A stretch of 64,000 nt of DNA, from positions 36,816 to 100,815 of the forward strand of contig JAYSTI010000051.1 of NCBI GenBank assembly GCA_043719805.1. Direction: 5' to 3'. This DNA comes from Candidatus Lloydbacteria bacterium (GTDB lineage: Bacteria; Patescibacteriota; Minisyncoccia; Phycocordibacterales; UBA6899). Below the pieces are notes generated by a model. It was not told the origin of the DNA. It saw only the letters and a list, made by a program, of their open reading frames with translations, and did not search any database. Shown here piece by piece: positions 19,494 to 28,979 of this stretch (its first letter is position 1; each line of letters starts with the position of its first letter). The position numbers were made by a program, and so were the translations under genes.

Positions 19494-19721
19494 ATGTTTA
19501 AAGAATTTTTAATGAAGAAGCTCATTGCGTCCAAGCTTGGCAACATGCCAAAAGATCAGCAAGAAAAGATCATTGGTCTTGTCACCAAGAATCCAAAATT
19601 GTTTGAAGAGATTGCAATAAAAATTAAAAAGAAGACCGATTCCGGAGCAAATCAGATGATGGCAACAACGACCGTCATGAAGGAGTACGCGCCACAGATT
19701 CAGAAGCTGATGTCGGAGTAG
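19494..19721 (+). CDS. hypothetical small basic protein (75 aa)
   Basis: ORF immediately downstream of candidate promoter; K-rich, no motif recognised. Confidence 0.35.
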   Translation: MFKEFLMKKLIASKLGNMPKDQQEKIIGLVTKNPKLFEEIAIKIKKKTDSGANQMMATTTVMKEYAPQIQKLMSE

Positions 19722-19765
19722 TCTGGAAACCTCCCTGTCATTTCCCGAATCGTGTGGAATACCAA

Positions 19766-19801
19766 AAGTGAAACTCACTTGTCGTCACTAGTTGTTTTTT
19801 T
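19766..19801 (+). terminator. candidate intrinsic terminator
   Basis: aagtga-aac-tcactt / tcact hairpin followed by gttgttttttt. Confidence 0.3.
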
Positions 19802-20033
19802 GCTTAAAAAAGACCCAGGCCACTTGCTCCGATGATTGCAATCGTAGACGGATAAAACAAGTCGCGTAGTTTCACTACCATGACATTTCTCCAGGGTTTG
19901 CTCCGGCGGGAACGGTAAGTTACAAGGTACTTCTTGCCCCGATTTACCACAAAAATGTTTTTGGCAAAAAATATTTCGTCAATGAACGATGTTCATTTTC
20001 GACAAATTCTTTATTGCAAAAAATGTGTGTCCG

Positions 20034-21032
20034 TTACTTTTTTTTGCGTAATTCAGTTTTCGATGAATAGTATGAGAATGCCACAAAAAATAGTCCGATG
20101 AGACCTGTGAACACCTCGGGGATAGGCACGATGAGTCCACCGAGCATTGCGAGTGCGAGTCCAAGTATTGCCCAGTGCGCGCCGTGCTCCAGATAGGGAA
20201 GCGCATCGAGCATGCGTTCACGAACGAGAAATATGGTAAGTGACCGCACGAAGAATGCACCTATTCCGAGTCCTATGCCGATGACAACGAGGTTGGTTGA
20301 AAGGGCAAAGGCGCCGACAACACCGTCGAGAGAAAATGCGGAGTCAAGAATATTGAGATAGACAAAAAGCGCGAGACTGCTTCCGGCAACATCTTTTGCC
20401 TCAACGTCGAAAGAGCTCGCAACGCCTTCTATCACAATAAAAAGTATTGCCCCTATCAATCCTGCAAAAAGCACCGTCGCCTGGTGAGACGCGTCGACGA
20501 GGGCTGAAAGTCCCGCGAGTGCAATAAGCGCCAGTGCGACCTCAACTGCCTCAATGCTTCCCCAGCGCGCTAAATGACGTTCAATCGCCCGTATCCAATG
20601 CACCACCTTCCGTGCATCAAAGAAGTATTTGAGTGAAACGAGAAGGAGAAACATCCCGCCAAATGCACCGATTGCATAGTGCGCATTTGCAACCATCGTG
20701 GCATAGGTGGTCGGGTCGCTAATGGCAAGTTTCGCGATAAGCCAAGGCGATGCGCCCACGCTTGCCGCAACAATGAGGATAGGAAGAAATACTCGTGTTC
20801 CAAAGACTGCAACGAGGATGCCCCAAGTAAGGAAACGCTTTTGCCACACTGCGTTCATGCGTTTCAGAATCTTTGCATTCACAACGGCGTTGTCAAAAGA
20901 AAGTGTGACTTCGAGGATGGCAAGAAGTCCCGTAATGAAGAGCGCCCTTACTCCACCAAAATAATACGCGCAAAATAACCCAAGTACCGTTACAATTCCC
21001 GATGTAAGAAAAAGTCTGTATTTCATGAGCAC
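20034..21032 (-). CDS. integral membrane protein, TerC/DUF475-like
   Basis: LEVTLSFDNAVVNAKILKRMNAVWQKRFLTWGILVAVFGTRVF motif pair repeated (LEHGAHWAILGLAL...), ~9 TM helices. Confidence 0.5.
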   Translation of the reverse strand: MLMKYRLFLTSGIVTVLGLFCAYYFGGVRALFITGLLAILEVTLSFDNAVVNAKILKRMNAVWQKRFLTWGILVAVFGTRVFLPILIVAASVGASPWLIAKLAISDPTTYATMVANAHYAIGAFGGMFLLLVSLKYFFDARKVVHWIRAIERHLARWGSIEAVEVALALIALAGLSALVDASHQATVLFAGLIGAILFIVIEGVASSFDVEAKDVAGSSLALFVYLNILDSAFSLDGVVGAFALSTNLVVIGIGLGIGAFFVRSLTIFLVRERMLDALPYLEHGAHWAILGLALAMLGGLIVPIPEVFTGLIGLFFVAFSYYSSKTELRKKK

Positions 21033-21472
21033 AGAATATCACGAATGCCAAAATTTTTCATTCCTCCCTGCATAATCCTAGATTCTTGTCCGGGAATGTT
21101 CTCCTCCGTTTACTATGTCAACATCAGTAGTCATGGAGAGAATTCTACTCAACATGCTTCTGAAAGCTCTGCTCCGAAGGTGATTCCGTTCTCATTCACG
21201 ATAAATCCCACTCCGCCATAGTGGTGGCGACCGCAACATTTATAACCCTAAGATTGTGAGATGATTTGGGCAGATGTCCAATTATCGCAAAATATGCAAC
21301 GGCTTACTGATTGGCAAAATGCAAAAATTCATATTACAAAAACAAACTTATATTCTCGTCGGACATTGCGCTAAAAGGCAATTTTGTGTTCCACTGGCAC
21401 CAGCTTGTAATCATTTCTACTTTGATACGGCATATATAATGGAATTACTCTTTCTTAAATAAGCGAACATAC

Positions 21473-21721
21473 ATGGGAATTATTTTGTAGATAATATTTG
21501 GGGCGCTGGTCGGCTGGATTGCTTCAATGCTGATGCACACAAATGCCGAACAAGGAGCACTCACGAACATTGCTGTTGGAGTGATTGGTGCTGTCATTGG
21601 CCGTTGGATTATGAGCGTTATCGGGAAAAGCGGGGTAGGAGGATTAAATTTGTACAGTTTTCTCGTTGCCCTGCTCGGTGCGTGTGTACTCATTATCATC
21701 CTGAAAATGATACGGCGGTGA
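21473..21721 (+). pseudogene. GlsB/YeaQ/YmgE-family small membrane protein with in-frame TAG at codon 6 (likely TGG to TAG)
   Basis: ATG GGA ATT ATT TTG TAG ATA ATA TTT GGG... reads MGIIL*IIFGALVGWIASMLM..., matching the family N-terminus MGI(L/I)sWIIFG; rest of protein (GVIGAVIGRWIMSVIG...GACVLIIILKMIRR) intact; internal ATG at 21527. Confidence 0.45.
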
Positions 21722-21747
21722 TATAAATTACTTTTATCACCACAAAC

Positions 21748-22107
21748 ATGGACTCATATAACTCTCCGACAACCAAATCAATATTTAGAGGGACTCAAAT
21801 TACCTGGTACCCCCTTTCACTTCTTGAGGTGTTGCTGTCATTCCGCTTTGTTCTCAAGCTCGTTGGGGCAAACGCAGAAGCAAGCTTCACAAGTATTATT
21901 TACTCTCTTACGTGGCCATTTACCGTTCCGTTTCTGTCGGTATTTCCAAAGACCACAATGCTCGGTAGTATTCTGGAGTGGACAACCCTGCTGGCGATGC
22001 TCGTCTATTGGATGATTGCTATTGCAATTATTCGATTGCTCGTACTCAGCAAAACGGTCTCTACACCCGAAGCTGCCGCAAAACTTGATGAGCAGGCAAA
22101 AATATGA
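21748..22107 (+). CDS. YggT-family membrane protein
   Basis: LLEVLLSFRFVLKLVGAN...IIYSLTWPFTVPFLSVFP pattern. Confidence 0.5.
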   Translation: MDSYNSPTTKSIFRGTQITWYPLSLLEVLLSFRFVLKLVGANAEASFTSIIYSLTWPFTVPFLSVFPKTTMLGSILEWTTLLAMLVYWMIAIAIIRLLVLSKTVSTPEAAAKLDEQAKI

Positions 22108-22919
22108 AAAATATTATTAAAAAGTATACACGTGAAATCATTGCGGTAGCCGCTGTGTTGTTGATAGTGTTTACCTTGGCATTTGCCGACAAAACGGCGG
22201 AACCCAAACCGGAACAGTTCGCATGCAGCGAAGAAGCGAAAATCTGCCCTGACGGTAGTTCGGTTGGCCGCACTGGCCCTAGCTGCGCATTTGCAGAGTG
22301 CCCCGCACCTGCAGCAACTACCTCAACAACAGACCCCGCAACACCCCCGACACCGGAGCCTACGAAACCGCAAATACTTGCGTACGGGAATGTATTTCTT
22401 CAGGCAGGGGAAACCATCACATATCCTGATATTTCCGTGACACTACTACGCGTAACCGAAGACAGCCGCTGTGCGCCAGATGTGACCTGTGTCTGGGCAG
22501 GAACACTGAAAGCAGAGTTTCAGGTCGTCGCGCGTGGCAAGACGAGCACCACTATGATAGAGCTGGGAAAGTCAGTGGCCATAAATAATCTCACACTGAC
22601 GATTGTTTCCGCGTCACCATATCCCAAATCAACAAAACAAATTGCTCCTGATGAATATCGCTTGACTTTGAGTGCGCAGAAGAAAATCACGGTGAGTCCA
22701 ACTCCAGCAACGAAACCCATTCAATCCGCTTGTTATGTCGGAGGGTGTTCTGGGGAGATATGTTCAGACCAAAAGGATATGGCGTCTAATTGTATGTACC
22801 GCGAAGAATTCGCCTGCTATCGCATGACCACTTGTGAGCGCCAAACGAGCGGGGTATGCGGCTGGACTGAAACCCCCGCCCTCAAGGCGTGCCTCCTTAG
22901 CCCCATTCAAGTCCAATAA
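22104..22919 (+). CDS. secreted/anchored cysteine-rich hypothetical protein
   Basis: N-terminal TM/signal, Pro/Thr-rich linker, N-terminal CxxxxxxC...C...C cluster and C-terminal 8-Cys module (ACYVGGCSGEICSD...CMYREEFACYRMTTCERQTSGVCGW). Confidence 0.4.
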   Translation: MKNIIKKYTREIIAVAAVLLIVFTLAFADKTAEPKPEQFACSEEAKICPDGSSVGRTGPSCAFAECPAPAATTSTTDPATPPTPEPTKPQILAYGNVFLQAGETITYPDISVTLLRVTEDSRCAPDVTCVWAGTLKAEFQVVARGKTSTTMIELGKSVAINNLTLTIVSASPYPKSTKQIAPDEYRLTLSAQKKITVSPTPATKPIQSACYVGGCSGEICSDQKDMASNCMYREEFACYRMTTCERQTSGVCGWTETPALKACLLSPIQVQ

Positions 22920-22980
22920 ACATTTTTAGCAAATCCGACTTCGCGTGCGAGTATTCGTAGATTCTTCACCCAAAATCGTC

Positions 22981-23018
22981 TATACTGTGAGTTATGTCAC
23001 TATCAGTAGGTTTGGTGT
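22981..23018 (+). promoter_or_regulatory. duplicated copy of the ychF promoter -10 plus first eight codons (MSLSVGLV then TGA)
   Basis: TATACT gtgagttATGTCACTATCaGTAGG vs ychF TAGTAT gtcgagtATGTCACTATCcGTAGG at 27408-27437. Confidence 0.4.
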
Positions 23019-23354
23019 GAGCACTACCCGACATGCTCCTCCGCCCGGAATCGAGGATAAGTTGCTACAATTCTCCTTTACGATAGATTTCCCGTCACCA
23101 CTTCAGCGTGGAGCAGATTACGCTTTTAGGCCTCATGCAGGGCAAATTTGAGCTATGAAATGGTGCCCTCACCATCACTGTCCTTTCATAGAATTAGGGT
23201 AATATTGTACCCATAACCATGAGGGAAACCCTGGTGCATATTCGTATGCATTGGGGGCTTTTTCTTTTTAGACAACTTTTCTTGTTCATCGTGCTATAAT
23301 AACAAATCAATCGTATTCCCGTTTCCCCATTTATCGTTTTCAGAATGAGCAATT

Positions 23355-24119
23355 ATGAAAAAAATTTTTAAAAGAAAAAGCATACTACTGAAAACACTCC
23401 CGTTTGTGGTGGGAATTGTAGTGTTAAAATATGCCTTGCATGTGTTTGGCTTTGAGTTTGTTGAACTCAACGCCCTTTTCACTTCTTTTATCGCTGCGAA
23501 TGTGTTTCTACTCGGCTTTCTTATGGCAGGTGTGCTTACAGACTTTAAGGAAAGCGAAAAGCTCCCAGGAGAAATGTCTGTGAGCTTGGAGTCAATAGCG
23601 GACGAAGCGCAAATGCTCTATAAAACAAAGAAGCTTAAAGTGGCGGAGGAATGCGTGGAGCATGTACATTTGCTGATTTTGTGTCTCAAGGGATGGTTCC
23701 ATAAAAAAGAACGTACGCGCACCGTGTTCAAACTTCTTTCAGAATTAAATCCATTTTTTTCTGCTTTTGAACCACATACGCAGGCAAATTTTATTGTCCG
23801 CTTGAAACAAGAACAGGCCAATATTCGTCGCATTGTTACGAGGATAGATGCAATTAGAGACACCTCATTTATTTCTTCCGGATATCGTATCGCAGAAGTG
23901 AATTCCGTCCTCCTTATCCTTGGTCTTATTACGCTCAGACTTGACCCATTTATAAATTCACTATTTTTAACTGGATCGATTTCATTGTTATTCTTATACA
24001 TGATGTTTCTCATTAAAGATCTTGATGATCCATTCGGATTCCACCACAAAGATTCGGTTGAAAATGTATCCATAAAAACAATTGAAGATTTAGAGGAAAG
24101 ATTAAAAGGGGATATGTAA
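23355..24119 (+). CDS. hypothetical membrane protein (2+2 TM with central soluble domain)
   Basis: hydrophobic helices at both ends; no motif recognised. Confidence 0.4.
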   Translation: MKKIFKRKSILLKTLPFVVGIVVLKYALHVFGFEFVELNALFTSFIAANVFLLGFLMAGVLTDFKESEKLPGEMSVSLESIADEAQMLYKTKKLKVAEECVEHVHLLILCLKGWFHKKERTRTVFKLLSELNPFFSAFEPHTQANFIVRLKQEQANIRRIVTRIDAIRDTSFISSGYRIAEVNSVLLILGLITLRLDPFINSLFLTGSISLLFLYMMFLIKDLDDPFGFHHKDSVENVSIKTIEDLEERLKGDM

Positions 24120-24195
24120 AAAATCTCACATTGTGGCACACGGTGGAGTGCGTGCTACGATAGAGTGATTCACTCCATGGGGTATCCGCACGCGC

Positions 24196-26970
24196 TTGAA
24201 CAGCGTGACTCATTATCAAAAATCCTATCCACCACTGCAAAACAATATGAAAATATCAAAATATATTTCACGAATATTTCTTCTAGGATTAGTTGCACTA
24301 GTTGTACTTTTTTCTAACATCGTCGCCTTCGTTACTGATTGGTGGTGGTTCTCCGAAGTCGGCTATACACAGATATTCACTACGTCCTTGGTCGCGAAAA
24401 TAGCTCTGTTCTCCGGCGTCACAGTGCTTGCTGCTTCTTTTCTGATTTCAAGTTTTCTTCTTGCGGCCCGCTCGAAAATTTCTTGGATGGCCGTATTGCC
24501 GGAGTCATTAGTGGGTCGACCGATGAGTATCGACGTTCGCTTCATAAAAAAAATTATTTTTGCATTCGGACTCGCGACCGCAGTCTTTTTCGGAACGGTC
24601 GCTGCCACAAACTGGCTCGAGGTATTAAGACATTTGTCAGCGTCATCCTTTGGTACCGTAGACCCTATTTTCAACAAGGACATAGGCTTTTATTTATTTT
24701 CTTTGCCTTTCTTTCAGGTTGCATTGGGAATGTTAAAATCTCTCGTCGTTGTAGCGCTCGGCGGCTCTGCATTAATATATTATTTGCGTGGCAGCCTTCA
24801 TATCCCGGGCATTTCATGGTTTGGGCGGATGCATATTGATCGCGGAGCAAGAATTCACATCGGCATCTTGCTTGCAATGTTATTACTTGCTGTTGCTGGA
24901 GGAGTCTATCTCTCTCGCTTTGCACTGCTCACGAGTCAGTCCGGACTCGTCTTTGGGGTCACCTACACCGATGCAACAGTCAGGATGTTCACACTTTGGG
25001 CGAGCACCGGTACTGCACTTTTGGGTGTGGTCGCCGCCATGCTTTGGGCGTGGAAGGGAAGGTTGTCGCTCTTCATGGGAATTGTTTCGCTTTATGTTAT
25101 CGTAGGTGTAGCTGGGACATTGGTCCCAGCGATTGTGCAAAAGCTCGCAGTGAATCCAAACGAACTTGTGAAGGAGACTCCATTTATTAAACACAATATC
25201 AGCGCGACGCGTGTGGCTTTTGCGCTCGATCGAATTGAGGAACGAGAAATCTCGGGGGATAAGCCCATAACCGCAGCCGATATTTCAGCCAACAATCTCA
25301 CAATCAAAAATGTGCGCCTTTGGGATAGAACACCTCTCCTCTCGACCTTCTCTCAAATACAGGAAATCAGAACGTACTACGAGTTTGCACAGGTAGATAA
25401 CGACCGTTATTTTATAGACGGTGAAATTCGCCAAATCATGCTTTCTCCACGCGAGCTTGCATCCGCAAGTTTGCCAAACAGAAATTGGATAAATGAGCGA
25501 CTGACGTTTACTCACGGGTACGGTGTCGCAGCAGGACCGGTGAACCAAGTTACTCCCGAGGGGTTACCCGTACTTTTCGTCAAGGATTTACCTCCCAAAT
25601 CCGACGTAAAGGAGCTCGAAATAACTCGACCAGAAATCTACTTTGGGGAACTTTCAAACGACTACGTAATCACCAAAACAAAATCACTCGAGTTCGACTA
25701 TCCCAAGGGTGAAGAAAATGTTTATGCTGTATATGAGGGTACAGGCGGAGTCGAGCTGAACTCCTTCCTTAAGCGTATTTTCTATGCAGTGAAGTTCCGC
25801 TCACTCGAACTCGTTTTGTCCAACGACATAGAAAAAGAGAGTCGCATACTCTACGAGCGAAGGATTAGTGAACGTATTACGAAGGTCGCACCGTTTCTTA
25901 CCCTCGACAGAGATCCGTATATTGTGATTGCAGATGGTAAGGTCTATTGGATTGCCGATGCGTACACTACGAGCAACAAGTATCCATATTCCCAGCCACA
26001 ACGATTAAACGGAAAGAGTGTAAATTATGTGAGAAACTCCGTAAAAGTAATCGTCGATGCACACAGTGGGAGTATTGCTTTCTATCAGGCAGACGTGGAG
26101 GATCCGATCATAAACACATACGCTAAGATATTCCCGGGAGCATTTCGTCCGATAGCAGATATTCCCGAGAGCCTTGTTCCTCACTTGCGCTACCCTGAAG
26201 ATATCTTTACGCTCCAAACTGCAGCGTATTCTGTCTACCATATGGATGATCCGCAGATTTTCTACAACAAAGAAGACCAGTGGGAAATTCCGACAATCCC
26301 CACAGAGGGGGAGGCCGTGTCATCAGAAAAAATCCCACCAATGCAGCCTCGTCACATCATCATGAAGCTACCGGGAGAAAAAAACGAAGAATATGTCTTG
26401 ATGTTGCCTTTTACACCCCGTGCAAAAGACAATCTCTCTTCTTGGATGGTCGCCCGCAATGACGGAGAAAACTACGGCAAGTTACTGGTCTATCGTTTCC
26501 CCAAAGATAAGCTCGTCTTTGGTCCCAAGCAGGTCATCGGGAGAATTAACCAAGATTCAGAAATTAGCCAGCAGATTTCTTTATGGAGCCAAGGTGGCTC
26601 GCAGGTGATTCAAGGACCGCTTTTGGTCATCCCCATCGAAGAATCACTTTTGTATGTGCGCCCGCTCTATCTCAAAGCACAGGCAGGCAAAATTCCCGAA
26701 TTGAAGCGGGTGATTGTGGCATATGAAAATAAAATTGCCATGGAGGAAACACTGGAGGAGGGGCTGGCAAATATCTTTGGGAGCGGAGCGGGAGGTAGGC
26801 CCAAGGGGAGTAATGCAATTAAGCCACCGTTTCCGCAAACTGTTGGTGATCAAGTGCGATGGAGAAAGGCAGCCGAAACATATGAGGAGGCGCTCCGCGC
26901 ACAACGTGAAGGCGACTGGGAGCGCTACGGTGAGGAAATCAGGCTGTTGGGTGAAATACTGAAACAATAG
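24196..26970 (+). CDS. UPF0182-family large membrane protein
   Basis: N-terminal multi-TM region with VTDWWWFSEVGYTQIFTTSLVAKIALF hallmark, ~900 aa; alternative start at ATG 24247. Confidence 0.75.
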   Translation: MNSVTHYQKSYPPLQNNMKISKYISRIFLLGLVALVVLFSNIVAFVTDWWWFSEVGYTQIFTTSLVAKIALFSGVTVLAASFLISSFLLAARSKISWMAVLPESLVGRPMSIDVRFIKKIIFAFGLATAVFFGTVAATNWLEVLRHLSASSFGTVDPIFNKDIGFYLFSLPFFQVALGMLKSLVVVALGGSALIYYLRGSLHIPGISWFGRMHIDRGARIHIGILLAMLLLAVAGGVYLSRFALLTSQSGLVFGVTYTDATVRMFTLWASTGTALLGVVAAMLWAWKGRLSLFMGIVSLYVIVGVAGTLVPAIVQKLAVNPNELVKETPFIKHNISATRVAFALDRIEEREISGDKPITAADISANNLTIKNVRLWDRTPLLSTFSQIQEIRTYYEFAQVDNDRYFIDGEIRQIMLSPRELASASLPNRNWINERLTFTHGYGVAAGPVNQVTPEGLPVLFVKDLPPKSDVKELEITRPEIYFGELSNDYVITKTKSLEFDYPKGEENVYAVYEGTGGVELNSFLKRIFYAVKFRSLELVLSNDIEKESRILYERRISERITKVAPFLTLDRDPYIVIADGKVYWIADAYTTSNKYPYSQPQRLNGKSVNYVRNSVKVIVDAHSGSIAFYQADVEDPIINTYAKIFPGAFRPIADIPESLVPHLRYPEDIFTLQTAAYSVYHMDDPQIFYNKEDQWEIPTIPTEGEAVSSEKIPPMQPRHIIMKLPGEKNEEYVLMLPFTPRAKDNLSSWMVARNDGENYGKLLVYRFPKDKLVFGPKQVIGRINQDSEISQQISLWSQGGSQVIQGPLLVIPIEESLLYVRPLYLKAQAGKIPELKRVIVAYENKIAMEETLEEGLANIFGSGAGGRPKGSNAIKPPFPQTVGDQVRWRKAAETYEEALRAQREGDWERYGEEIRLLGEILKQ

Positions 26971-27041
26971 AGAGGAAGGAAGGATGGACTAGTCGACACC
27001 TGTGGAAAAGAAAAATTACGAGATATGTTATTATCCTCTTT

Positions 27042-27263
27042 ATGGCTCACAAAAAACACAAAGATTTTAAGTACTTTGTGCGCACACTCTCCGTCGTGTT
27101 TGGCCTCGTCATTGTATGGCGAGGCATATGGCACTTACTCGACGCCTTTGAAGACGCATATTTTGGCGGAGAAGTGTTCTGGACCTCACTTGTGGGCATA
27201 GTTATCGGCATACTCCTTTTGTATATTCCCGATCATGATCTCAAGGAAATCGAGAAACTCTAA
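27042..27263 (+). CDS. hypothetical small membrane protein
   Basis: 73 aa, two hydrophobic helices. Confidence 0.3.
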   Translation: MAHKKHKDFKYFVRTLSVVFGLVIVWRGIWHLLDAFEDAYFGGEVFWTSLVGIVIGILLLYIPDHDLKEIEKL

Positions 27264-27385
27264 TCAACACCATCTAAGCCGAACAATAACTCTCATTACT
27301 TATTATTCAGGGGTAATTGCTATTTTTGGAAGGAGAGACTGGATTGAAACATTCCCATTTGACAAAAACATTAAAACTTGAAATT

Positions 27386-27413
27386 TTGATATTTAGTCCG
27401 AATGGGTTAGTAT
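27386..27413 (+). promoter_or_regulatory. candidate ychF promoter TTGATA-16-TAGTAT, implies near-leaderless mRNA
   Basis: TTGATA 27386-27391, TAGTAT 27408-27413, ATG 27421. Confidence 0.35.
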
Positions 27414-27420
27414 GTCGAGT

Positions 27421-28518
27421 ATGTCACTATCCGTAGGAATCGTCGGACTTCCAAACGTCGGTAAATCGACGCTCTTCAAGGCTTTGACGAAAAAGCCCGT
27501 GCTTATCGCGAATTATCCCTTTGCAACGATAGATCCGTCAGTAGGCATCGTGGAGGTTCCTGATGCTCGCTTCGGGCAGCTTTCAGAATTTTCACATTCA
27601 AAAAAAACAGTCCCGGCTATTGTCGAGTTTGTGGACATTGCTGGACTCGTAAAGGGAGCATCAGAGGGTGAGGGGCTGGGAAATAAATTCCTTGCAAACA
27701 TTCGCGAGACTGATGCCATAGCAGAGGTTGTACGCATCTTTGATAGTAGCGACATCATTCACGTCGACGGAAAGATAGACCCACTTTCGGATGTTTCCAC
27801 GATCAATCTTGAGCTTGTCATTGCCGATCTTCAAACCGTAACAAAGCGTATCGACTCAATTGCGAAGGAGGTCCAGCGCGGAGACAAGGTGCTCGCAAAA
27901 GAGCATGCCGCTTTGGTAAAAGTGTTTATGAAACTTGAGCGAGGATTTATGGCAAGCAAGGCTGATCTCGATAACGATGAAGTGCGCATTGTAAAAATGG
28001 CGAATCTTCTTACCATTAAACCCATCTTGTACATTTTGAATAAAATGGCGGGAGGAAAAAATCTCGATGAACTGAATGACGAGCGTTTTCATAAACTCAT
28101 AGCGCATTTCAAGGAGAATGGAGACCAATATGTCATTGTCGACGCAAAGATAGAAGAAGAACTCAGTGAGTTTGAGGGCGAGGAGCGGCAGATGTTTGCA
28201 ACAGAGCTTGGCGCCTCCGGAGACGGAGTCGACGAACTCATCGTTGCTGCATACAAACTCCTCGGGCTCATGACCTATTTCACAACAGGGGAGGATGAGT
28301 CACGTGCGTGGACCATCAAGGCGGGCTCAACTGCACCGGTTGCAGGCATGGCCATTCATACAGATTTTAAAGAAAAATTCATTCGTGCCGAGGTCGTCAA
28401 CTGGAAAGCACTCCTCGATTCCGGCTCATATGGAGCGGCGCGCGAAAAAGGCTTGGTGAAAACTGAAGGAAAAGAATACATCGTCAAGGACGGTGACGTT
28501 ATTGAGTTTAAGATATAA
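27421..28518 (+). CDS. ychF: redox-regulated ribosome-binding ATPase YchF
   Basis: MSLSVGIVGLPNVGKSTLFKALT G1 motif, ANYPFATIDP, TGS domain at C-terminus; ORF-track start 27412 overlaps the -10 so 27421 preferred. Confidence 0.9.
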   Translation: MSLSVGIVGLPNVGKSTLFKALTKKPVLIANYPFATIDPSVGIVEVPDARFGQLSEFSHSKKTVPAIVEFVDIAGLVKGASEGEGLGNKFLANIRETDAIAEVVRIFDSSDIIHVDGKIDPLSDVSTINLELVIADLQTVTKRIDSIAKEVQRGDKVLAKEHAALVKVFMKLERGFMASKADLDNDEVRIVKMANLLTIKPILYILNKMAGGKNLDELNDERFHKLIAHFKENGDQYVIVDAKIEEELSEFEGEERQMFATELGASGDGVDELIVAAYKLLGLMTYFTTGEDESRAWTIKAGSTAPVAGMAIHTDFKEKFIRAEVVNWKALLDSGSYGAAREKGLVKTEGKEYIVKDGDVIEFKI

Positions 28519-28545
28519 AAAAAGGCCCTCATCGGGGCCCTTCGT
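28519..28545. terminator. hairpin between ychF and convergent small gene
   Basis: aaaaaaaggccc-tcatcg-gggcccttcg. Confidence 0.3.
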
Positions 28546-28750
28546 CTCGCTTCTTCAAGTCCCATGCCATCCACGGGACGAGTATCGCGACGCAGATGCC
28601 GCAGAGGTACAAGTACCAGCGATGTTCGCTCCAGAGCCATTGGGCAACTGATGATGCGCCCGCGAGAACTACCACGAGGATGAGAAGGCTCACGACGCCT
28701 TCGAAGCCGTTGTGACGAAGCCACAGGTTGATGGCGGCGATTGTGTCCAT
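28529..28750 (-). CDS. hypothetical small membrane protein (73 aa) in GC-richer segment
   Basis: two hydrophobic helices; ORF confined to a locally GC-rich stretch. Confidence 0.35.
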   Translation of the reverse strand: MDTIAAINLWLRHNGFEGVVSLLILVVVLAGASSVAQWLWSEHRWYLYLCGICVAILVPWMAWDLKKRDEGPR

Positions 28751-28760
28751 GCGGTTCCTC

Positions 28761-28979
28761 CTAGTTGTGCGGCGTGTAGGTGGGGTCTTCCCTGGCCATC
28801 TTCGCGATTCGCAGGGCGTAGTCCTCGAGCGACTCGTCGCCTTCGATTTCAGGATCTTCTGCGGGCATGTCCTTGGTGGGCATCCCCCTCAGGTGGAAGA
28901 AGATGGTGACCATGAGGATGATGATCAGGACGAGCATGCCCCACATGAGGTATTGCGCAAGTGGTGAGGTTGGTGGCAC
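28761..28979 (-). CDS. hypothetical small membrane protein (72 aa) in GC-richer segment
   Basis: one TM helix then acidic tail (EDPEIEGDESLEDY). Confidence 0.35.
   Translation of the reverse strand: MPPTSPLAQYLMWGMLVLIIILMVTIFFHLRGMPTKDMPAEDPEIEGDESLEDYALRIAKMAREDPTYTPHN

Noticed and set aside
21488-21490. In-frame TAG read as a sense codon (alternative genetic code)
   Set aside because: atpD (3929-3931) and mnmA (38272-38274) terminate with TAG at positions where homologs end, so TAG is a functional stop here. No in-frame TGA was seen in conserved genes, so code 25 is excluded as well
22945-23151. 68-aa ORF in the spacer after the Cys-rich protein gene
   Set aside because: Frame differs from the embedded ychF-like MSLSVGLV fragment; no SD or start context; region better explained as duplicated promoter plus structured RNA
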